Below are positions 28,506 to 36,958 of a stretch of 45,568 bases of DNA, in pieces. The notes below the pieces were generated by a model. It had not been told where the DNA came from. It saw only the letters and a program-made list of their open reading frames with translations, and did not search any database. The stretch comes from Candidatus Saccharimonadota bacterium. Lineage in GTDB: Bacteria > Patescibacteriota > Saccharimonadia > Saccharimonadales > Saccharimonadaceae. Each line of letters opens with the position of its first letter. Positions within the stretch are counted from its first letter, which is position 1. Made by a program: the position numbers and the translations under genes. The stretch is from contig JAGOOS010000001.1 of assembly GCA_017992395.1 (NCBI GenBank), positions 1 through 45,568 of the forward strand, given 5' to 3'.

Positions 28506-28534
28506 TTGTAAAATTAAGGCCAATCTGTTAAAAT
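28506..28534 (+). promoter_or_regulatory. Promoter of rpsB-tsf
   Basis: TTGTAA-17nt-TAAAAT with extended TG. Confidence 0.65.
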
Positions 28535-28615
28535 GATAAAGTAAAATAATTTAATGAAACAATTCTCATCCACAAATCCTTATATTAAGGTGAGAATGAA
28601 GACAAAGGAGCATAA

Positions 28616-29332
28616 ATGTCTGTAAAAGTTGATATCAAGCAATTGCTTGAATCCGGTGTTCATTTTGGACACAAAACAAGTCGTTGGCACCCAAAAATGG
28701 CGCCATACATCCATAGCAAACGTCAAGATAGCCATATCATTGATCTAACAAAAACTGTTGAAGGCCTAGAAAAAGCTTTACCTGAGATCACAAAAGTTGT
28801 TAGCGCTAATAAAAAAGTTCTTTTTGTTGGTACAAAGAAACAAGTAAAAGATATTACTCGTGAAGCAGCCGAAAGTGTAAATCAGCCATTTGTTACTGAA
28901 CGATGGGTTGGTGGTATGCTAACAAATTCATCAACAGTTAATCAACAAATCAAGAAGCTAAAAAATCTTGAAAAGAGAATGAGTACTGGCGAATTAGAAA
29001 AACGTTACTCTAAGCTTGAAGTTCAGCGTTATGCTGAAGAAATCGAAGAAATGAATGTTAAATATGGTGGCATCAAAGATTTGATGGGCAAACCTGGTAT
29101 TTTGTTTGTGACAGATGCGATTGCAGATGCAAATGCGATTCGTGAAGCAAAAACTCTAAATATTCCAGTGGTCGCAATTGTAGACACAAACGTTAATCCT
29201 GAAGGAATTGATTATGTGATTCCAGCAAACGATGATGCAATTAAAGGTGTTAAATTACTACTTGATTATGTTGTTGCAGCCGTTTTAGAGGGCGCAGCTG
29301 ATAAAAAAGAAGAAGCTACTACAAAAAAATAA
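28616..29332 (+). CDS. rpsB: 30S ribosomal protein S2
   Basis: LLESGVHFGH, WHPKM, FVGTK, RWVGGMLTN, DTN..P and PANDDA. Confidence 0.98.
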   Translation: MSVKVDIKQLLESGVHFGHKTSRWHPKMAPYIHSKRQDSHIIDLTKTVEGLEKALPEITKVVSANKKVLFVGTKKQVKDITREAAESVNQPFVTERWVGGMLTNSSTVNQQIKKLKNLEKRMSTGELEKRYSKLEVQRYAEEIEEMNVKYGGIKDLMGKPGILFVTDAIADANAIREAKTLNIPVVAIVDTNVNPEGIDYVIPANDDAIKGVKLLLDYVVAAVLEGAADKKEEATTKK

Positions 29333-29350
29333 TCCAAAATAGGAGGAATT

Positions 29351-29947
29351 ATGGCGGTTTCGATTGAAGAAATCAAAAAACTTAAAGAATTGACTGGTCT
29401 AGGATTAACTGATGCTAAAAAAGCTCTAGTTGAGGCGGACGGTGATTTTGATAAGGCTCTAGAAGCATTACGTAAAAAAGGTTTGACTAAAGCTGAGAAA
29501 AAAGGTGAGCGCGAAGCTCGCGAAGGTTTAGTTGAGAGCTATGTTCATGGTGGACGAATTGGTGTAATCGTAGAGGTTAACTGCGAGACAGACTTTGTGG
29601 CGCGCACTGAAGATTTTAAAAACTTCGCGCACCAAATTGCTATGCAGGTTGCGGCTATGAATCCAACTTACGCGTCTGAAGCTGATATTCCAGCTGAAGA
29701 GAATGCACGAGTTGAGGCTGAGGCTCAAGAGCGGGTAGCTAAAGAAAACAAGCCAGCTGAAATTGCAGCTAAGATTGTTGACGGACAGGTAAAAAAGTAT
29801 TTTGCTGAAAAAGTTCTTTTAGAGCAAAAATATATTATGGACGATAGTAAAACTATTGAAAAGTATCTGCACGAAACAATTGCGAGATTGGGTGAAAATA
29901 TTGTTATTCGACGATTTGCACGAATTGAACTTGGTGTAAGTGAATAA
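29351..29947 (+). CDS. tsf: Elongation factor Ts (short form)
   Basis: IKKLKELTG, EVNCETDFVA and LGENIVIRRF. Confidence 0.98.
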   Translation: MAVSIEEIKKLKELTGLGLTDAKKALVEADGDFDKALEALRKKGLTKAEKKGEREAREGLVESYVHGGRIGVIVEVNCETDFVARTEDFKNFAHQIAMQVAAMNPTYASEADIPAEENARVEAEAQERVAKENKPAEIAAKIVDGQVKKYFAEKVLLEQKYIMDDSKTIEKYLHETIARLGENIVIRRFARIELGVSE

Positions 29948-29971
29948 TAAATAGTAGGTATTCTACTTTTA

Positions 29972-30010
29972 AATAAAGCTGTTATTATGACAGCTTTATT
30001 TGTTTATTTT
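29972..30010 (+). terminator. Terminator after tsf
   Basis: AATAAAGCTGT/ACAGCTTTATT stem plus a T-rich tail. Confidence 0.85.
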
Positions 30011-30045
30011 AGACCCCTTGCGTTTTTTTAGATAAAATAGATAGT

Positions 30046-30750
30046 ATGAATACACTTAAGCTTAAACCAATCACAACTAAACATAACAACAAAATCAACC
30101 ATAACAACCAACTCACTCCAGAACTAAACCACCGTTCTTTCTCCAGCCAGTACTCAAGGCCGCTAGCCCAAGCTTTACCAACTAAAAATAAAAGGTGGAA
30201 TAGTTCTTCACAAACCGAAACCAACCCCCAAACCAACCCCCAAACTAACCCCCAAACCAACCCAGCCTTCACAATAATAGAAGTAGTCCTAGTCCTAGCA
30301 ATAGCAGGCCTAATATTCCTAATGGTATTCATAGCATTACCAACATTACAAAGAAACCAACGAGATACTAGACGGAAGAATGATATGAGTAGACTAAAGA
30401 CTGCTATGGATAGTTATAAGAGTAATGATCGGGGGCAAATGCCTACAGCAAGCCAGTTGACTGGTTATTCTTATGCTACAAGTTTTACTAAATCTTACTT
30501 AAAAACAGATACAGAAGCGTTTAACGATCCAGGCGGAGAATCTTATTATTTATGGAGGGATAATGCCTATGCTGTAAATGGGGCCGATGGTTGGAAGCCT
30601 GGTCGATATTCTCAATATAATATCAGATATATATTCATAACGGCTGCGAAAAAGTGTAGCGGGGAGGGTATAATTAGTGGTGGTGGCGAGAATAATTACA
30701 CAATTCAATATAGTCTTGAGGGTGGCGGACGGATCTGCTTAGATGGTTAA
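30046..30750 (+). CDS. Type IV pilin-like protein with an unusually long leader
   Basis: Class III signal A|FTIIEVVLVLAIAGLIFLMVF (F+1 at 30268, E+5), two Cys in the C-terminal D-region (KKCSG, RICLDG), and a 74-aa leader. Confidence 0.9.
   Translation: MNTLKLKPITTKHNNKINHNNQLTPELNHRSFSSQYSRPLAQALPTKNKRWNSSSQTETNPQTNPQTNPQTNPAFTIIEVVLVLAIAGLIFLMVFIALPTLQRNQRDTRRKNDMSRLKTAMDSYKSNDRGQMPTASQLTGYSYATSFTKSYLKTDTEAFNDPGGESYYLWRDNAYAVNGADGWKPGRYSQYNIRYIFITAAKKCSGEGIISGGGENNYTIQYSLEGGGRICLDG
30217..30264. repeat. 12-bp tandem repeat x4 ((G/C)AAAC(C/T)AACCC(C/A)); G-quadruplex-type pattern on the minus strand
   Basis: C-tracts at 30225-30229, 30237-30241, 30249-30253 and 30261-30263, separated by 7 nt. 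Encodes ETNP-QTNP-QTNP-QTNP. Confidence 0.9.
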
Positions 30751-30767
30751 AATTATATATAAAAACG

Positions 30768-30794
30768 AAAACCGCCCAAAAATAGGGCGGCTTT
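30768..30794. terminator. Bidirectional terminator between the pilin and the convergent ORF
   Basis: AAAA-CCGCCC-AAAAATA-GGGCGG-CTTT. Confidence 0.75.
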
Positions 30795-30811
30795 AAAGAC
30801 TTTCAAAAACT

Positions 30812-31258
30812 TTAGGCGTGGGCTTTTTTCATACGTGGGGAGGCGACTTTTTTAACTTTGATTTTTTGAGCATTCTCGCTCAAAATATCTTCAACGGCTG
30901 CTATAATTCGAATGTCGCGTGCTTCAAGCTCGCTTTCTTCGTGGAGTTCTGTTACTCCAAATAGTTCTTCGGCGCCTGCACCAAATCTAGCTCGTAAGAT
31001 TTTGACCCATTGGCCGTCGCGGAGTTTTTCTAGGCGTACTTTTTCAGTGAATTTAACGCCGCGAAAGAAATTCTTCTCTTCGGGTAGGCTAACTTTTACG
31101 GCAGTTTCGCCCTTCTGGTTTTTGGCTTCCTCGATCTTTAATTTATAATCAGTATGGGAAATTGGATCGGTAAAATTAATAAATTTTTTTGTATAATTTA
31201 ATCCGATTTTTTGCGAAATTTTGGCTTTCGCATTAGCTACTTTTGATCTTTTTGTCAT
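30812..31258 (-). CDS. Hypothetical protein
   Basis: 148 aa ORF with an AAGGA RBS and its own TTGACT-17nt-TATGAT promoter (31323-31295). Confidence 0.7.
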   Translation of the reverse strand: MTKRSKVANAKAKISQKIGLNYTKKFINFTDPISHTDYKLKIEEAKNQKGETAVKVSLPEEKNFFRGVKFTEKVRLEKLRDGQWVKILRARFGAGAEELFGVTELHEESELEARDIRIIAAVEDILSENAQKIKVKKVASPRMKKAHA

Positions 31259-31382
31259 TTTTGTCCTTTTTTGTTTTTGATTTAACTCATAACAATCATA
31301 ACATAAAAAGTATAAAAAGTCAATACTGGCCTAGACTTAACCTTTAGCCGTTTCTGTGTTAAAATAGAGAAAAAGGAGAATT

Positions 31383-31937
31383 ATGTTTGATACAGATATT
31401 TATAAGGCTAAAATGACAGAGAGTATAGATCATTTTAAGAGTGAACTTAAAAAAGTAAGAACAGGACGAGCCCACCCCTCAATGCTTGAAGGGGTATTTG
31501 TGGAGGTTTATGGTTCAAAAATGCCGCTTAACCAAGTTTCTAATATGACCGCACCTGAAGCTGGTATGATTTTGATTACACCATTTGATCCAGCTAATAT
31601 TTCGGCAATTAGCGCAGCAATCCGAAACGACCAGAGTCTTGGTTTTAACCCTAGTGATGATGGCCGTGTTGTGCGTGTACCAGTACCACCGCTAACAGAA
31701 GAACGTCGTCGACAAATCGTAAAACAGACTAGCGAAAAAGTCGAAGATGCGAAAATCGCCATTAGAAATATTCGCCAAGATGCCCTAAAAGTGGCAAAAA
31801 AACTTAAAGAGGATAAAGCCTTAACTGAGGACGATTTAAAGGGTATTGAGAAAGAGATCGATAGTGAGATTAAAGATCTTAATGTAGAAATTGATAATCT
31901 TTTTAAAGATAAAGAAAAAGAAATTCTAACAATTTAG
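31383..31937 (+). CDS. frr: Ribosome recycling factor
   Basis: VRTGRAHP, LGFNPSDDG, PPLTEERR and IRNIRQDA. Confidence 0.98.
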   Translation: MFDTDIYKAKMTESIDHFKSELKKVRTGRAHPSMLEGVFVEVYGSKMPLNQVSNMTAPEAGMILITPFDPANISAISAAIRNDQSLGFNPSDDGRVVRVPVPPLTEERRRQIVKQTSEKVEDAKIAIRNIRQDALKVAKKLKEDKALTEDDLKGIEKEIDSEIKDLNVEIDNLFKDKEKEILTI

Positions 31938-31944
31938 GCTAAAA

Positions 31945-32661
31945 GTGAAAAAAAATATACCAAAACACATCGGTTATATAGTTGATGGCAATCGCCGTTG
32001 GGCTAAAGCGAAAGGCTTAAAAACGGTTGAAGGCCATAAAGCCGGTTTTGAAGCGCTAAAAGACGTAGTCAAATTTACCCATGAAAAAGGCGTTGACTTT
32101 GTTAGTGCCTATATATTCTCGACTGAAAACTGGAATCGAACGGCAGAAGAAGTTGGCTATCTTATGAAATTGTTTGAGACGTATTTTGATAAAGAGATCA
32201 AACAGCTTCACAAAGACAACATTAAAGTGTTGTTTAGTGGAAATAGAACCCAGAAAGTCAGTAAAAAAATTGTTCAATTAATGAATGAGGCTGAAGAACT
32301 GACGGCTAAAAATACTGGTGGAACTTTGTGCCTGTGTTTTAATTACGGCGGTCAATTAGAAATCGTTGAAGCGGTAAAAAAGATAGCAAATAAGGTTGCA
32401 GAGGGTCTGATTAGTCCGGAAGATATTGATTCTCGATTGATATTTGATAATCTTTACCATCCAGAAGTCCCTGCGCTTGATTTGATGGTAAGAACTTCAG
32501 GCGAGCAGAGAATTTCTAATTTTCAATTGTGGAGAGTTGCATATTCAGAGCTATTGTTCCTAGATAAGGCCTGGCCAGATATGGATGAAAGTGATGTTGA
32601 TTATATCTTAGACCAATATTCAAAACGAGACCGAAGGATGGGAGGTGATTCAAAGAAATGA
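31945..32661 (+). CDS. uppS: Undecaprenyl/polyprenyl diphosphate synthase
   Basis: DGNRRWA, FSTENWNR, NYGG and RTSGEQRISNFQLW. Confidence 0.97.
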   Translation: MKKNIPKHIGYIVDGNRRWAKAKGLKTVEGHKAGFEALKDVVKFTHEKGVDFVSAYIFSTENWNRTAEEVGYLMKLFETYFDKEIKQLHKDNIKVLFSGNRTQKVSKKIVQLMNEAEELTAKNTGGTLCLCFNYGGQLEIVEAVKKIANKVAEGLISPEDIDSRLIFDNLYHPEVPALDLMVRTSGEQRISNFQLWRVAYSELLFLDKAWPDMDESDVDYILDQYSKRDRRMGGDSKK

Positions 32662-33827
32662 ATTTAATTATTGGTATATTACTCGGACTAGTGGTTTTGG
32701 TGGTTTTGGTTGTATTACATGAGCTTGGACATGCTTATGCCGCCAAAAGAAATGGTGTTGTGGTTGAGGAGTTTGGTGTAGGCTTCCCGCCAGCAGTACA
32801 TAGCTTTAAAAAGAGAACAGACAAAATTCTGCCCAAAGGAACAATAATCTCGATCAACTGGCTACCATTAGGTGGATTTGTGAAGCTAAAGGGTGAGCAC
32901 GATTCAGACAATAAAAAAGGTGATTACGGTGCAGCAAGCTTTTGGGGCAAAACTCAAATCTTATTTGCCGGAGTAGCGGTAAACTGGCTGGTTGCGATTG
33001 TGATATTTAGTCTTTTAGCGGTTTTAGGTATGCCTAAAGCTCTTGATAATCAATTTTATATCAAAGAAGATGCTAGAATTACTGGTGGTGATACTTTAGT
33101 AGCCGCAGTAAGTGAAGGTTTACCAGCTCAAAAAGCAGGGATAGAAGCCGGAGATAAGGTGGTGTCTGTTGGTGGAGAAGAAATAAAAAGTATTAGTCAG
33201 ATTAGTGAATACTCCAAATCTAATGCGGGCAAAGACATTGAAATTGAAATCTCGCGAGATGGCAAAACAGAAACAAAAACACTTGAAGTTAGATCTAATA
33301 ATGATGACGGCAAGGGGTATATTGGCCTAAGCGCAGAACGGCTTGGCGAAAAAATTTACTCAACCTGGAGCGCGCCAATCGTTGGTGTCGGAACGACTGT
33401 ACAATTTACTGGTGCAACTTTCCAAGGATTAGGCGATCTAGTGTCAAACTTCTTTGGCGGATTAGTGAAGCAAATCAGCTTTTCAGACGAAGTTAGAAGT
33501 GAAGGCGCCTCAGAACTAAGTACAGCAGGTGCTAGCGTGTCTGGCCCAATCGGTATAATTGGCGTAATCTTCCCACAGGCCGCACAATCGGGCATTACGA
33601 CAATTCTATTTTTGGCTGCGATTATTTCACTAACTCTAGCTTGCATGAATTCACTACCTATACCAGCACTTGACGGAGGTAGGTGGTTTCTTACTTTTAT
33701 TTTTAGGAAGATTCTAAGAAAACCGCTAACTAAAGAAACAGAAGAGAATATTAATGCTATCGGATTTTTAGCTTTGATGATTTTGTCGGTGTTAATAATA
33801 GTACTCGATATATTAAAAATATTCTAA
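32658..33827 (+). CDS. rseP: RIP metalloprotease RseP (M50, PDZ)
   Basis: HELGH, EFGVGF, PLGGFVKLKGE, a PDZ domain and NSLPIPALDGG. Confidence 0.95.
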   Translation: MNLIIGILLGLVVLVVLVVLHELGHAYAAKRNGVVVEEFGVGFPPAVHSFKKRTDKILPKGTIISINWLPLGGFVKLKGEHDSDNKKGDYGAASFWGKTQILFAGVAVNWLVAIVIFSLLAVLGMPKALDNQFYIKEDARITGGDTLVAAVSEGLPAQKAGIEAGDKVVSVGGEEIKSISQISEYSKSNAGKDIEIEISRDGKTETKTLEVRSNNDDGKGYIGLSAERLGEKIYSTWSAPIVGVGTTVQFTGATFQGLGDLVSNFFGGLVKQISFSDEVRSEGASELSTAGASVSGPIGIIGVIFPQAAQSGITTILFLAAIISLTLACMNSLPIPALDGGRWFLTFIFRKILRKPLTKETEENINAIGFLALMILSVLIIVLDILKIF

Positions 33828-33837
33828 GGAGGCAGCT

Positions 33838-34590
33838 TTGAAGCAACAGTTACATAAAATTTTAGATACCAAATGGGGCAAAATTGCTTTTTGGATTATA
33901 TGGCCAGCCTTTGTCTTCTATTCAGTTCAGTATATTATACCTTTAGTTCTATGGATGTTTGTTGGGGATAATCTAGCATCTTTGGCTAATAATGCAGTCT
34001 TTTCTACTGTCTATTCCGCAGTTGTTTATGTAATTATCCTGGCAGGCGTTTTTTATATCCCTAAATATGCTTTTGGTCAAAAAATCACCAAGAAAGATAT
34101 AGGTGTAACGGGACTTCCAACTTGGACGGATATAGGATTAGGTTTTGCTGGTCTAATTGTTGCTATGTTGTTAGCTGGAATCTTATCGGCTATTGCGACT
34201 AGTATTATACCTGGTTTCGACCCGAGTGAAGCCCAGGACGTCGGTTTCTCGAACTTGAGTCAATCTTATCAATTTATAATGGCATTTATAGCACTAGTAG
34301 TGGTTGCACCGGCAGCGGAGGAACTAATTTTTCGAGGTGTAATTTACGGTGAAATGCGTAAAGTTAATCCATATTTAGCGACAATCATCGTAAGTTTAAT
34401 GTTCGGAATTGCGCACGGTCAGTTGAACGTTAGTATTACAACTTTTGCTATGAGCCTCGTGATGTGCTTTATGCGCGAGAAGCTAACAGGCACAGTTTGG
34501 TCGACTATCATACTTCATATGATTAAGAATGCGGTTGCATTTTACTTCTTGTTTATAGCTCCTGAAATTCTTCAATCATTGCCACAATAA
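33838..34590 (+). CDS. CPBP (CAAX/Abi) family intramembrane protease
   Basis: EELIFRG, FGIAH and H...N motifs in a multi-TM protein. TTG start follows AAGGAGG. Confidence 0.92.
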   Translation: MKQQLHKILDTKWGKIAFWIIWPAFVFYSVQYIIPLVLWMFVGDNLASLANNAVFSTVYSAVVYVIILAGVFYIPKYAFGQKITKKDIGVTGLPTWTDIGLGFAGLIVAMLLAGILSAIATSIIPGFDPSEAQDVGFSNLSQSYQFIMAFIALVVVAPAAEELIFRGVIYGEMRKVNPYLATIIVSLMFGIAHGQLNVSITTFAMSLVMCFMREKLTGTVWSTIILHMIKNAVAFYFLFIAPEILQSLPQ

Positions 34591-34639
34591 ATTGACTTAA
34601 ATATTGAGATTTGATATAATTAACTGAATTAGGAAAAAT

Positions 34640-35101
34640 ATGAAACAAGTTTTTAATATAACCCAAAAAGGTAAAGAGGAATTAGAAGCAGAGCTTAAAC
34701 TGCTTATTTCTCAGCGCAAGGAAGTGTCTGAAGAAGTGGCTACTGCTAGAGATTTTGGTGATTTAAAAGAAAATAGTGAGTATGATGCTGCGCGTAAAAA
34801 GCAAGCACTTGCTGAAAGCCGAATCTCTGAAATTGAGCACATTCTGCAAAATGCTGAAATTATTGGTGGTGGATCTAAGCACAAAGTTTCTCTAGGCAAT
34901 GAAGTTAGTTTAAAGAATTTAGCAAATAATAAAATTGTTAAGTATAGCTTGGTTGGACCAGTCGAAGCTAACCCCCTAGAGGGTAAAATTAGCAACGAGT
35001 CGCCAATCGGAGAGAAGCTTATGGGTAAAAAATTGGATGAAGAAGTAGAAATATCGACGCCAAAGAACTCAATAACATACAAAATTGTTGAAATTAATTA
35101 A
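34640..35101 (+). CDS. greA: Transcription elongation factor GreA
   Basis: GDLKENSEYDAAR and ISNESPIG. Promoter TTGACT...TGATATAAT lies upstream. Confidence 0.97.
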   Translation: MKQVFNITQKGKEELEAELKLLISQRKEVSEEVATARDFGDLKENSEYDAARKKQALAESRISEIEHILQNAEIIGGGSKHKVSLGNEVSLKNLANNKIVKYSLVGPVEANPLEGKISNESPIGEKLMGKKLDEEVEISTPKNSITYKIVEIN

Positions 35102-35149
35102 ATCTCGGTTGGCTAAAACCAGCCGATTTTTAATTTATAAGGAGAAAGA

Positions 35150-36391
35150 ATGAGATTATCAAAAGTATTTACTAAAACAAGTAAAAACATTCCATCAGGA
35201 GAAGAAGCAAAAAATGCTCAGCTTTTGATTCGGGCGGGATTTATAAATAAAGAAATGGCAGGAGTTTACGATTTTTTGCCACTTGGAAAAATAGTTCTAG
35301 ATAAGATCGTACAAGTAATCAGAGAAGAAATGAATTCTGTGGGCGGAAACGAAGTGAGTTTGTCGGCCCTGCAAAACCCTGAAACTTGGCAGGCTAGTGG
35401 TCGCTGGAGTGATGACGTTATGGATGTGTGGTTTAAGACTAAACTATCTAACGGTCGGGAGTTTGGTCTAGCGCCTACTCACGAAGAGCCTATCACTAAG
35501 ATGATGAAGAACTTCATCTCTAGCTATAAAGATTTGCCAGTTTACCCATACCAATTTCAGACTAAATTTCGTGCTGAGCTGCGCAGTAAAAGTGGATTGA
35601 TGCGTGGGCGCGAATTTTTAATGAAAGACTTATACAGCTTCTCTAAAGACGAAACTGAGCATAATAAGTTCTATGAGGAGATATCTGAAGCGTATTTACG
35701 TGTGTTTGAGCGTCTTGGGCTAGGCGACCTTACTTATAAAACCTTTGCTAGTGGTGGGAGCTTTAGTAAATATAGTCATGAATTTCAGACTATTAGCCCA
35801 GTGGGTGAGGATATAATTTATATCTCAGATGAAAAGGGCATTGCGATAAATGAAGAAGTTTTCAACGACGAAGTGCTAGCAGACTTAGGTATAAATAAAG
35901 AGGAGCTTAGAGCCGAAAAGGCGGTTGAGGTTGGTAATATTTTTACACTAGGATATAAATTTTCTGATGCTTTAGATCTAAAATATACAGCCGAAGACGG
36001 CAAGCAAAATCTTGTATTTATGGGAAGCTATGGCATTGGGCCAAGCCGATTAATGGGGTTACTAGCTGAGCATTTCTCTGATGAAAAAGGTCTAGTTTGG
36101 CCAGAAAACGTCGCTCCAGCTAAAGTTTATCTAGTGCAGATTGGCGGAGCTTCACAGCAAAAAGCCGAAGAAATCTACCAACAATTGACAGATAAAGGTA
36201 TAGATGTTTTGTTTGATGACCGAGATGAGCGCCCAGGTAAGAAATTTGCCGATGCTGAGCTTATGGGAATCCCTTATCGATTGACAGTTTCAGACAGGCT
36301 ACTTGAGAGCGAAAAGTTTGAACTAGTCTCACGTGCCACGAACGAAACTCAAATGCTATCTCAAAGCGAAATCTTAGAAAAATTTATATAA
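35150..36391 (+). CDS. proS: Proline--tRNA ligase (short, no INS editing domain)
   Basis: LLIRAGFI, LAPTHEE, GLMRGREFLMKD.YSF, EVGNIF.LG, MGSYGIG.SR and DDRDERPGKKFADAELMGIP. Confidence 0.96.
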   Translation: MRLSKVFTKTSKNIPSGEEAKNAQLLIRAGFINKEMAGVYDFLPLGKIVLDKIVQVIREEMNSVGGNEVSLSALQNPETWQASGRWSDDVMDVWFKTKLSNGREFGLAPTHEEPITKMMKNFISSYKDLPVYPYQFQTKFRAELRSKSGLMRGREFLMKDLYSFSKDETEHNKFYEEISEAYLRVFERLGLGDLTYKTFASGGSFSKYSHEFQTISPVGEDIIYISDEKGIAINEEVFNDEVLADLGINKEELRAEKAVEVGNIFTLGYKFSDALDLKYTAEDGKQNLVFMGSYGIGPSRLMGLLAEHFSDEKGLVWPENVAPAKVYLVQIGGASQQKAEEIYQQLTDKGIDVLFDDRDERPGKKFADAELMGIPYRLTVSDRLLESEKFELVSRATNETQMLSQSEILEKFI

Positions 36392-36395
36392 TATA

Positions 36396-36420
36396 AAATA
36401 GCCCCACGTAGTGTGGGGCT
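36396..36420. terminator. Terminator hairpin between proS and the convergent ORF pair
   Basis: AGCCCCAC-GTAGT-GTGGGGCT, with an A-run on the left (T-tail for the minus strand). Confidence 0.75.
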
Positions 36421-36425
36421 AGACT

Positions 36426-36656
36426 TTAATTGCGTAAAGATTCGTATCTATTTGACAGTGGGTCGTCATCCGCAATAAGCCGATGAGCATAAACCTTACC
36501 CATTACTGGCTTCACGGGGATTTTTTTATCTAAGTCCCAGAAATCACCCATTTTATACCGATCTTTATCTTTATAATCGGTAATTCTACCAACGATAGTA
36601 TAGGATGGTCGGTCTCGAATGAGCAAAACTGCATGACTCGGACTAGGTGTTGTCAT
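36426..36656 (-). CDS. Small hypothetical protein, possibly Sm-like fold
   Basis: Coupled to the upstream ORF, with GGGAG before ATG 36656 (alternative TTG 36662). VLLIRD...IVGRITDY pattern. Confidence 0.55.
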   Translation of the reverse strand: MTTPSPSHAVLLIRDRPSYTIVGRITDYKDKDRYKMGDFWDLDKKIPVKPVMGKVYAHRLIADDDPLSNRYESLRN

Positions 36657-36658
36657 AA

Positions 36659-36958
36659 TCAACGACTCCCTTTAATTGCAATATGCCTATACAACCTTAA
36701 AGCTGCTATATACTTGCGATATAATGGCTCGTGGAGCGATAGCGACATGACGTTATCTGGTTTTAATAACAAGGTCGCTAAAGGATCCATACTCCCGTTT
36801 AGGGCATTGTAGATGTGACTTAAAATATAATTTCCATTATTGTCAACCTCTTTAATGGTCCCGAATAGGATCGAGTTAGCCGGCTTGCCATTTAGGTCAT
36901 AGCCGTCGTCTTTCCCAAGACATTGAACGATAGTACCAATCTTAGAATTTTTACCCAT
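36659..36958 (-). CDS. Small hypothetical protein, Sm/LSm-like motif pattern
   Basis: Strong GGAGG RBS and TTGATT-17nt-TATAAT promoter (37032-37004). FGTIKEVDNNGNYIL and LATLLLKPDNVMSLS segments. Confidence 0.65.
   Translation of the reverse strand: MGKNSKIGTIVQCLGKDDGYDLNGKPANSILFGTIKEVDNNGNYILSHIYNALNGSMDPLATLLLKPDNVMSLSLHEPLYRKYIAALRLYRHIAIKGSR

Noticed and set aside
30009..30332. 107-aa minus-strand hydrophobic ORF with GLVW repeats
   Set aside because: It is the antisense reading of the A/C-rich pilin leader; the lack of stops follows from composition. Antisense transcription is not excluded, but protein coding is unsupported.
30046..30750. Diversity-generating retroelement target
   Set aside because: No reverse transcriptase and no TR/VR repeat pair differing at adenines in the window.
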